Positions 12,901 through 24,500 of a DNA stretch of 64,000 nt are shown here, in pieces. The stretch comes from Octopus vulgaris (taxonomy: Eukaryota): assembly GCA_951406725.2 (NCBI GenBank), contig OX597814.1:160642001-160706000 (forward strand), in the 5' to 3' direction. A model generated the notes under the pieces. It ran no database searches. It was not told the DNA's origin and saw nothing but the letters and a program-made list of their open reading frames with translations. Made by a program: the position numbers and the translations under genes. The number at the start of each line of letters is the position of its first letter. Positions within the stretch are counted from its first letter, which is position 1.

Positions 12901-15900
12901 TTGAATGCTAATTCATTCAAAATAAATTTTGAGAACTATAATAAAAATATAGAGACCTGAGATTTAAAAAAAAAAATTCTTTTTCTCTTTCAAAACATTA
13001 AATTTCAAATGACATAAAAATATCATTAGTAAAAAAAATAATATTCAAGGTATATAATTTCTATGTTAGTGTGTATGTATACACACATGAGATGAGTGCA
13101 AATGTGTGTATGAATAAGAACATTTCTTCCAAATTCAACAAGATGACTGTAACATTGACGTTACTCTGTGGAGCACATTGAATTATCTGTTGTAAATTGC
13201 TGATGTTGCACCAGCCTGTCACATTAGTGTGCACAACTAAATACTATCAACAGCAAAATTTCCAATGATACCAGATGTCTACGTTATCAAACTCATCAGC
13301 AGCTGGCTAAGCAAAATCACCATGGCAGTTCTTGCATTGGTGGTGTCATTCATAGCGTCATTCTTGCAGAATTCATCGCATTTCAAATGTCAAGCCAAGA
13401 AAAGCAGCCAACAGCTAACAGTAATAGTCTGTTCTGAGGAAAACAGAAAATAAGAATCATCAAAGATAGAAACTGAATTCCTCATACAGATTTAAGGATA
13501 TCGGTTTTTTTTATTATTATTCTCTCTGCAAGATTTTCTTCTAAATATTTATGAATTTTATTTGAACAATGTGTCTGCAACTGTTTCACAGTGTTCTCTG
13601 AATGATACCCCCAATAACTGGTCAGTAATGAAAATGAGTGTAGCCTAGTAGACAGCACAACAACTATGTGATGCTGTCTTCACTTTTACAGTCATTTCCT
13701 ACGACAATAAACTTAAAATATGCTTTGTTGGGTTGTTGTGTGTTTTTTTTATTATTACTTGCTCCTTTAATATTGAATAGCGTGAGTAACATTGTCTCAG
13801 CAACAATCAATCGTGTTACTTAAGGAATAATGTTTTCAGATGCATACACACACACGTGTTATCACCGACCTTGATGTGATAGAGTTTTAAATGCGTGAAT
13901 TAAACTGAAATCCTTATGGATAACATTCAATATTGCAGTCAATGACGATAATGGTTGGGAAACAGCAGAACCTGAAGAAACTAGTGATGGTTATTGCCAG
14001 CAAATAGTAAGTACAAGAAATTCAGCAACTAGAATATATCAGATTGCTGTGAGGAAAAATAGAATAACGTTTCAGGTAGGATCCTTCATCGGAGAAAAAT
14101 GAAAGATTTTCAGAAAACATTTTATTTTTCTCCAGCAAAACATTCTGACCAAAATGTTATGAGTTATGTTCTACACAGCAAACTAAGTTATTCTGTTTCG
14201 TGAACTTCTACAGTAATGATTGGATTATCTCCCTTAAACAAATTTGACACGCTCCCTTTTAGTTTGATGAAACAAAGTTCAGTAAGATTGCTTTTGGACA
14301 TTTTCAAATTAAGCTAGTCGTTTTAGAAGGTGTATAAATAGAGTAATAAAATTTGCAAGATTCTGCAAGTAAAAGAGCAATAGATCGAACATCAGAGATT
14401 GCAACTAAACATCTAAGTATCCTTTAAGATGACAGATAGAATAAGCAATAAGATATATGAGGACTAGCAAATGAATTTAGATGCTACAACTGGTTGTGTC
14501 AGGATTATAGTAACAAATGGCGCTCAAAGAATAAATGTCATTAAGAGATTCTACAGCACAATACACATATTAGTGACTGTTTTAATGGAACCATTAAACG
14601 CTACATTAACAATTGTTAGGGTAAGTGGTGTTGCATATAATTATGTAAGGTATATAAGTGTGATAACTGAATAAATTATTAACCCAACAGTATTGCTATC
14701 CTATTAGTCTATCAATAAATCTGAATGTTATAATTCCTTATACAGCTTATATTCTCTTTTATCTCTTATGAATATAATGATAAGACCTAACACATACTTT
14801 GAAAGTATTTCATAATGAATGGCGATAAATGGCTAAGTCTGAATAACCAACTGACCTACTGTAAGAAAAATGACCTAATCAAGTTCTCAAATTTGAATAA
14901 ATCTGTATGCCATGGTGAAACAAGGGGAGCACTGTTTCAACAAAGCTCTTCAGGTGAGAGAGAAAATGTAAATGTTTAAGATAGATGAGAAAATTGTCTC
15001 AAGGATATCTTAAATATCTAAATTTATTTTTCTCTCCAAGGAAACAGTTTTCTCAAAACCTCAGTACTTCTTGTGCTTTCCCCGTAGCATACAGATTTGC
15101 CCAAACTAGCAAACTCTACCCGATAAGAGTCATAGATAAATGAAAATCTCACTATCAGACTCAGATGTTATTTGTTATAATTTTAAAAGTTATTTTTCAT
15201 TAACCAAAGACTTGCAGTTAAGTAAGTGATGACTTAAAAGAGAAATTATATGCTTTTTGAGAGAGAATATATTAAAGATTGATTTAAGCTAAAAGTGCAC
15301 AGTGAGTATGGCAACAAGAGATACAAAAACAAAACAAATATGGCAACAGAAGATGCAAACAAAAGACATAGCAAAAGGTGCAGACTATTTAGAATAGAAG
15401 ATACAAAGGGCAAATATTAACACAATATATAATCTGCAAGGTTTTAGAATAGCTGTGATCTGAAGAGTCCTTAGAAAATAATTGCTTTATGGACAATGCT
15501 TAATTTATATTGTTCTTTTTATGGTGTTATTAATGGGGGGAAATATTAGATTTGTGCAGGCAAATTTATATGTAATGTTTCAAAAATTGTAAACTACCCT
15601 TAGAGAAACACAAACAATAAGATTATTATTACATTTGTAAAGAGAAACACACGAACTAACAGTTACAGCAGAAACTGAGCAATTATTAAGAACATCTGGA
15701 TGTGGAATGGAATTAAGAAATTTATATATGGATTTATTTGTTATAAGCTATAAATCTCTTAACATTACATAAAATAGATTTCTTGGGCTAACAACACTCT
15801 TTTATGATAGTCGAATTCAAAGACTACTTTATGAGCAATTCACTCATGAGTTTAGAAAATTTTCAAATGAGTCGCTACCAGTAAGTTCACTTAAACTTTG

Positions 15901-17030
15901 TTTAGAATTTGTGTTTTAAGAATTCTGCAATAATGGCTCATGACAATCTTATGCAAACATTATGTAAATGAGATATAATACCATTTAACCAGATTCTCAC
16001 AGCTCAAAAGAAGCATACTATTAACTAATTAATCACATTGCTTCTTGTTAATCATACTACTAGAAAAATACTTAATGTAGAATTATCCTGCCCTGATGCA
16101 ATACCAACAAATTTAGAATGTAATCTACAAATGTCAAAATAAGTTCATCAGAAATTACCCAACAGATCTTCCTTAGTGCTCATTTAGTAATTAATTCTCG
16201 TATATTTTTATTAATTTACTTATATTATGAATTTAAAATCTGTTTAAACTTTCTTAAAAATAGATGATCTCGGAGAAGGGAAAACACTGAAATGCTTATA
16301 CCATCAAAAATTATTTTGAATTTGCTTTAAATTTTGATAATTTTTATTTGAAAATAATGAGGCCTAAATAATGAGGAGTTCCAAATAATAAAACAAATGA
16401 ATTTTTAGTAATAATAAATAATAATAATAATAATGCGATTAGTTTAAACTTTACTTTGAAATAAATGGTTGGAAGTATACCTCCTTATAAGTCAAATTAT
16501 TTAAATTTTGTTTATTTTACAATAACTAAACGCTGTATAACCTCATCTCTTAGAATTTCATACAAAATACAAGGCATATGTTGTTTATACCTATAGCTAC
16601 AGTGAAAATACCATCTTCAAAGGAAATTTAATGTCATAAGCCGTATCATCATGAAGACGTCTTTTTCGAGGTTTGTTTATGTTTCTTGTTTAGCTTTTTT
16701 TTTTTATTTTAAAGAGAATCTTCCAGGAATTTTTTTCGCTCCGATACTATTTTGAGAAATCAGATTGATAAACTAAAATTGATTTCAAGACAATAAGGAG
16801 CACAACACCAACAAACAAACAAACAAACAAAAAAAGAAAAACAATGAAAGAAAATACAAACAAGAAGAAATCAATTGAGCAGACATCAATTACACATCGA
16901 AGCAGCTGCATATAGAAATGAAATAAATATCAACATCTAAACAGAAAGACACACACTACATATGAAACAATGAAATGACAGGTTCTTCGATTCTTTAGTA
17001 GCAGAGGCCGGATTTCCTGGTACGTTTCGA

Positions 17031-17094
<64 letters not shown>

Positions 17095-18492
17095 GCACAA
17101 AATCAAACACTGAACGGCAATACACGAAGGACAACAACAGCATCATCAATAGTATAGTCATATTGCAGCAGCCAATATCTACGTTGCATAGCACAAACCG
17201 GATGCAGGCACTGTAGAAATACCGGAAACAGCTCAACGTTTCATCTCACTGGGGTTTTTTCTCTTTTTTCTTTTTTAACCTTTTTGTTTCAAGAGAGGCA
17301 ACTCTCACTGAAATTTCGTTATCGTCAAATAAAAGTTTCAGCCTGATTTTTTCTTTTTTTTTTACTTTTTTTTTTAATCTTTTCTTTCTCAAACAATTCC
17401 AGACAAACCAATAACTCAATTACAGCCATCAAACACCAGTCCATACATAACCTTAACATCATATATGCATGCGTACGCGCGTGTGTGTGTGTGTATGAAT
17501 GAATGAACATATCCACACGCACACGCGCGCGCGCGGTCAAACAAATATGTATATATATTCACGTATGCATACACGTATGTAAGTCAATATTTTATTCTTG
17601 TCTTTTTTTTTTATTAAGAAATTAAAGAGAAATGAAAAAATAAAGGAAACAAGGCAGCTTTAAATATTCTTCATGGGAAGAACTCTAATAACTGGGACTA
17701 GGCAGCAGCAGTAGTAGCAGCAGTAGTAGTAATAATAATAATATTGATAGTGACAATGGTAAAAGTAAGTTACTTTTACCATTTCCAAATCATAGACTGA
17801 GGCACCTGGACCAGCATGATCCTTTGGTGCTCCCAGACTACTCATCTTTGGCTCACTAACAATTTTCAAAAGAAACCACTGAGTTTGGTAGTGTAGAGGT
17901 ATGGGAGGGAGGGCCTCTGTCCTTCAGGAGTGCAATCATCCAGGTATATCTATCCTTTCCTGCTCACCTTTCCAACACGTTTGTTTTGCTTTGATTAATT
18001 TTCTTTATTTTATGCATGTTTGACTTTCTTTTCTTCGGTATAATACATTTTTTTCTTTTTTGTCTGTCTATTGTTGCCTGAAATTTTTAAGTTACATAAC
18101 AGAGATTTGAAGACTGACAGAGAGGTAAGGCAGGTAGCAAGGTCAAGTACTGTATTAGTGGTCACAATGCATATCATGCAGTCTGCTTCAGTTTATTTAC
18201 GAATACATCCACTCAATCACGTCACATCTACACACATTACAGTCACACGTACTTACAACTAACACCCATACACTCATATATGCCACAAACATCATTGGCG
18301 CACTTACAAACATAAAGCATCAACAACCACAGGCACACAGCATCGATACACTTATTAACACATACAGTAGCAGCAGCATGATTAAGATCGTTGTCAAGAT
18401 ATCAGTTTATCCTGCAGGAACATAGGTAAGGACTTCCACAAAGTTACCAAATGGTCTCTGCTACTCACACCAGAAGGAATGTCATTTCTTCT
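9960..18492 (-). other. Putative long 3' UTR / downstream transcribed region of RalGPS (end point uncertain)
   Basis: Follows the stop codon. 9960-16900 lacks the SINEs and microsatellites that saturate the rest of the window. No transcript evidence is available. Confidence 0.35.
17034..17091. repeat. (TA)n microsatellite (representative of many TA, CA and GA tracts)
   Basis: Pure TA run; others at 1120-1152 (CA), 2604-2641, 5286-5325, 32671-32716 (CT), 38489-38557, 41658-41692, 45497-45533 and 56671-56725 (GA). Confidence 0.95.
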
Positions 18493-18522
18493 TCAATCAA
18501 ATGACATAAGGTTAACTGGCGT
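18493..18522 (-). CDS. RALGPS: RalGPS terminal coding exon: TPVNLMSFD*
   Basis: tttcttccag acceptor; matches the recalled RalGPS C-terminus xPxNLMSFE*; TGA at 18495-18493. Confidence 0.92.
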   Translation of the reverse strand, partial: TPVNLMSFD

Positions 18523-21500
18523 CTGGAAGAAATACAAAAAAAAATTTTTTTTTCAGAAAGTAGTTTCAATATACAAGTAGAAATTGTTATACAAAAACAT
18601 TTTACAGAATAAAATCAAAATGAAAATCAAAGACACAAACCCCACTTGTGAAGACCTGTTGAGGCAAGTGAAAATCAAAATGAAAATCGAAATATCTCAA
18701 CATCAATGGAAATTGTAGCTGAGATACCAGTGCCGGTGGCACGTAAGAGAACCGTCCGAACGTGGCCATTGCCAGCGCCGCCCCGATTGGCCTCCGTGCC
18801 GGTGGCACGTAAAAAGCACCATCCGATTGTGGCCGTTGCCAGCCTCGTCTGGCACCTGTGCAGGTGGCACATAAAAAGCACCCACTACACTCTCGGAGTG
18901 GTTGGCGTTAGGAAGGGCATCCAGCTGTAGAAATACTGCTGGATCAGACTGGGCCTGGTGCAGCCTCCTGGCTTCCCAGACCCCAGTTGAACCATCCAAC
19001 CCATGCTATAGCATGGAAAACGGATGTTAAACGATGATGATGAAAGGCTAAATGGGAAAGTGTTAAACAGAAAATATAGCATGTATATCCACTCAATATG
19101 TATATCCACCTTTCGTATTCAAATTACTCCATCAAATCTAATATCTATTTTCATTATTTCGAATTAATTATGCATTATGTTGTAGTTTAGAGATCTCAAT
19201 GATGAGCTGGTTTAGCTTTAGAATGACATTGTAGGGTTAGTGAGAGGTTGGACCTGACCACTTTCAACATAAACAGGTTAAATATTTTGGCCAGACATGG
19301 CTGGTTTAAATGCTAAAGGGTTAAACACTGCATTGATGGTTACAAACCCAAAACAGGTTGTCACATTAGATTATTACCATAATTACAAACAAGAACCTCA
19401 TAGCTATCCATCAAGGTACAAGTAAACTTTATTCCAAATTTCAAAAGATTAGATTCATTGCAGTCAAAATATTTATCTGTTCACTTTGAATGAATTATTT
19501 CATAGAATCCCAGGCAATAATAATTGAAAAAAAAGTTAACCATTTCACAAAGCATCAAGATATAATTAAAACAGAGTTGATTACTTTCGAAATATATTTT
19601 TACTTATATCTTTGAGAATACTGAACTTAGGTTCCAAGTAATGTTTATAAGTTAATGTTGTAAACACTCCAGATTTATATAACTGAAGTATTGAGATGTA
19701 TTCATAACTATTTTTCAAGTGCACTTCACAACTTTGAATAGACACTGTAGAGTTATGTCATCCTCAGTCTTATCAAGGTATTTGATTAACAATTCTTTAG
19801 TGGAGATAAATTCACATGTCAATCACTAAACTAGTAGTTGCTTGACCTGTTAGAAATAGCAGCCAAATTTCTTAACCATTCTCTAACATTTTAAAAAGGG
19901 ACGAATTCAATGAGCAATGTGGTCCCTTTTATACAAAAGATAATGTCATGGCTGGAATGCTCTGATCAGAGATGCTCAAGAGCTAAACAACAATAATTGC
20001 AGCATTTTTAAGAGCAAAGTAGAAAATAAATTTTAACCTTTTTAGATGGGAAAGGAGACCTATCCACTTAAAATCTCATTGCTCTTAACTATAAAAAGCA
20101 GTTTTTCACACCAATCTATGTTTCGTTGAGGAATGTCATGGTTGAAACTATTTTCAGTTGAGATATGTCAAGTCTACTGAGGCAACATGACTACCATTTC
20201 TATTTCCGGAAGATATTAACTGGGATAGCCATGAAACTCAATTCCCAGTGAAGGGATTAATTATGCAATATTACTTCCATTATGCAGTTATAATGGCCTC
20301 TGCTTGCAAAACTAGCTGATTTCATGCCACCTCCATTCAAACACACTCAACTCACTATCCTCTTTTTATTACTCATGTTGTGTCCAATCTTTAACTTTAG
20401 CCCCAAGCTAATCACTATGCTTAGTCTTCTCTCTTCAGAATACTCTCTCCTAGCTCAGGTCTTTCCTGCAGCTGTCAACTTACTTTAAGCTGAATGTTAA
20501 CAGAACCTATATTACAAGCCTTTGAAGGCCTGTGAAGGTCATAGTCATTGCATCATTTCAGACAAATCACACAGAAAAATATTTCAAAACAGTCTTTAGA
20601 TGAAATATAACCACTAATTATTTCTCAGAAAAGAAACAGTGTTTATAATTTTTCAATAATTATAATTTAGAAGATAAAAGTTCATAAGATTGACTTGAAA
20701 AACACATCTAAAGTCAGTATATTTTTCATGAAGCTTCTTGTTAAATAAAGAGGAACCACTTTGTGTAACAATGCCATCTATATCTTCTATGAAACCTCTA
20801 TGTCATGTTTCTATTACACTAGAAATAGCAGCTAAATTTTCCTCAAACTAATTGCTGTCTCAAAAGATGAAGAATACACTATACAATGTGGTCTGGTAAA
20901 TAAGATGAAATGGAAGAAATGCCTTGCACCATAGCTCTTCACATTTAAACAAATTTAAGGGTCAGCCATGAATACAAAAATTTGATATTCAATATAATAG
21001 ATATACAGTTGCAGCCAAAATGTTCAGAACGGCATTGTTTTCATCAGAAAAGTAGGTATAATTTTTTATCAAAGTTGTTTTATATTCTATAATTTTCACA
21101 GACAATAAATACGATATTATTTGTTATTGTCTGAAATTTTGGTGTAATTTCAGAGGGTGATACAAAAGTTATGGATGATTTAGTGATTTACTGCAAAACC
21201 CATGGCGGCCAAAATGATCAGAACGGTTGCTTTTACTCCGTGTTTTAGTATATTTAACCAGTGAACTCTAATGCTTTGAATTTGTTTACCTGACGGTTCA
21301 TTTACTAAACATTAGTAAGAGTATCTGCAGTGTACTTTGTTAATATAATGCCACTTACTCCGTTACCAATTCGTCAGCAGATTATTAAGCTTCGAAAGAA
21401 GGATAATTTAAGTATTGGGTCTATTGCAAAGATTGTTAACAAGTCAAAAAGTTTTGGTCACAGTATTCTTAAGGTCTACGATGATTGTGATTCGTGTGAA

Positions 21501-24500
21501 GTAAGAAAGTCTACAGGTAGGCCAAGAAAAACGACCAAGAGAGAAGATCGTGCTACGATAAAGTTGATTGAAAAGGACAGATTTAAAACTGATGCTGCTG
21601 TTTCTCGGGAAAGGAGCAGTGTACAGAAGAAAATTTTATCTCGAAAAACTGTGTCTCGTCATTTAGTTCAACATGACCTACAAGCAAGAGCACCTGCAGT
21701 GAAGCCACTGATCAGCTCCAAGAATAAAAAGTGTCGTCTTACCTTTGCAACCGAATACGTGTTGTGGTCTCAAGAAAAATGGCAAACGGTGCATTTCAGT
21801 GATGAATCTAAGTTTATGTTATTTGGCTCTGATGGGAAAAGGTACATTCGTTGAAAAGTAGGTGAAAAATTGTCACCTAAATGCCTTAAGACTAGTGTTA
21901 AATTCGGTGGAGGAAGTGTCATGGTTTGAGGGATGATACCTGGAGATGGTGTGGGGCCCTTCGGTGCGATTACATGGAAAGGCAAATGCAGGAGTTTATA
22001 AACAACTTGTAAAAGATCATGTCTTGCTTGTGCTGAGAAATTCAACTAAGCGACCACCCATATTCATGCAGGACAATGCCCCATGTCACAAGACTAAGGT
22101 GGTCATGAACTTTCTCAAGGCTGAAAAGGTTATTATTATGGATTGGCCTGCTCAAAGCCCAGATCTCAATCCTATTGAAAATGTGTGGAATATTCTAGGA
22201 GAACGTCCGAAAGCCAGAAATCCTAAAACAACCGAGCAATTATAGAATGCCCTTCAGGAAGAATGGAATAAGATCACCCAGCAAGAAATTGAAAATTTAA
22301 TTTCCTCATGCAATCGAAGATGTCAAAGTGTAATTTAAGCTAAAGGGCTTCACACTAAATATTAAATAATTCCAGTATTCTGTCATTTTTGATTATTTTG
22401 TTATTTTTTCAACCGTTCTGATCATTTTGGCCGCCATGGGTTTTGCAGTAAATCACTAAATCATCCATAACTTTTGTATTATCCTCTCAAATTACACCAA
22501 AATCCCAGACAATAACGATTAATATCGTATTTATTGTCTGTGAAAATTATAGAATATAAAACAACTTTGATAAAACTTATACCTACTTTTCTGACGAAAA
22601 CAATGCCGTTCTGAACATTTTGGCCGCAACTGTAAATATACTTTCATGTTACTTAATATTATAAGATATAATAAAGAGAACAGAATAAATATAACAGATA
22701 TTTAACAAAGTCACTGAATAAACTCAAGTTTTTCTTAGAGATATATATTCACTTACCCTTGGCTGAGAATGTTTGATAGCTTCTTCAAGATGTTGACACC
22801 AGACCAATGCCTCAGCTTGCGATCCACTTCGTAATTTGTAAACATTTCCTGTTCAAGTAAACCCATATTACCATTTATAATAAAATTACAATTAAACAAT
22901 TTCTCTTCTTTTTTTTTCTTATTTTATTTTATTTCATTCTGTATCAAAAGTTTAACATTCAAACATTTGTCATTTAACATAGATTGTTCAATATAATTTG
23001 CCAGCAGGAGATAAAATCTTTGTCTTTTTTAATACAAGTCCCAATATCTGAATTGCAATTATGATGGGGCCATGCCTCTTATTACATCAATCACAGTACT
23101 TATTTTGTCTATTTCAGAAGGATGAAAGGCAAAGTCACCCGGAGAAGATTTGAATCAAAACAAAAAGAGTTATATTCAAATTACTATAAAGTATTTTGTA
23201 GTATTTGGTTTACCAATTCTGCTATCCACCTACTAATGTGTAGAGAAGAGAGATCATAATGAAGACAAGAGAGTTGATAGAATCTTGGGGGATATCAATC
23301 TGTTCAGTAACGAACACAAATCCATCCTGACTACTTTTAACACTCCTCAACATCTCAAACTATTTAATCAAGCCAAACTTTCTTGTTTTCTACAAACTGT
23401 ACATGGAACTCTTCCCTTGAACAACCCTTGTTCTTTGCCAAACAGCACTTCTCTTATAGTTATTTCACTCAAAATACATAATATATTCTTCATGATTCTT
23501 CAATCTATTTTAGTCATCATTGTTAAAATCATTCAAAAACAGCATCTTCAAAGCTTTTTGTGCTATCTCAGTATATGCCAAAGAGTCCTATTCTTTAATT
23601 TTGTTTGTTTGTTTTTGTTTTGTTTTGTCTTTTGAATATTGAACAGTTTTAATTGCCAGGTCAATAAAATAATAGAGGCTAGTACAAACTAAAACTACAA
23701 TGTAACCCAGGTTAATTTTGTTTTGCAGTAGATATTAACTCTTAAACAACAGATATCATCAGCTGATGTTTCATTAGAAAACAGTGGACATCAATTGATG
23801 TTTCAACAAATTTACATGGATACAGCCACCAGCAATTGACATGCAAGCATCTACTTCATGTAAGTGGCTTTATTGATGGGAGAAATCAAATTGAAAATAG
23901 AAGATTTATATAATAATTTTTTCTGACTTTCCTTCAGCATCAGATGAGGTAGGTGATGATGTTGCTCTCAATAGCACAGAAGAAAGTGATACTTCAACTA
24001 GCTCTGGACAGAAAAAGTGCACTTATTTCTCTCTATTTGTAAATTTGTTTAATAACAATCAGGAATCTCAAATGAATTTACGTTCAACAAGATGTGGTGC
24101 ACCTGAGCACTGTATACAATAATTTCCTTATTATTATTATAAAGTGAATACTTTACAGCACTTTTCAATAATGAGATATACATTTATGATTTTGCCTATA
24201 CCTTGAACATTGAAAACAATCAAAATAAAGATTCACATAGCAAAAATCAGGTAAATACAAAGTTTGACGAAATGTATGATTTTTTTTATGCCCTTTGTCC
24301 TTATTTTCATAATCTAAGAGAGTTAAAATATCATTTTCGTACTTTTTGCACTTATTTAAAGTGAAAATAAGTATAAAAATTACCTGCAAGAAAAAAAAAG
24401 TTTTTCTTTTTTTTCTCTTTTTTTTCTTTTTTTACCTGTTGGGCACACATTCAGGCAACCCTTTCCGGCCAATTAAGCATTAAACCCTTTTGATACCAAC

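Noticed and set aside
15307-15380. Degenerate ~32-bp tandem repeat (ATGGCAACA..GAT.CAAA), plus short direct repeats at 10353-10400 and 15602-15650
   Set aside because: Two to three decayed copies consistent with local slippage; no further structure
17660-17869. 69-aa minus-strand ORF as an alternative terminal exon
   Set aside because: No good acceptor, runs into trinucleotide repeats, and the conserved C-terminus is already supplied by 18493-18522
18103-18426. Plus-strand AG...GTAAG micro-exon-like pairs suggesting an antisense gene
   Set aside because: Very short, no coherent ORF, and expected by chance
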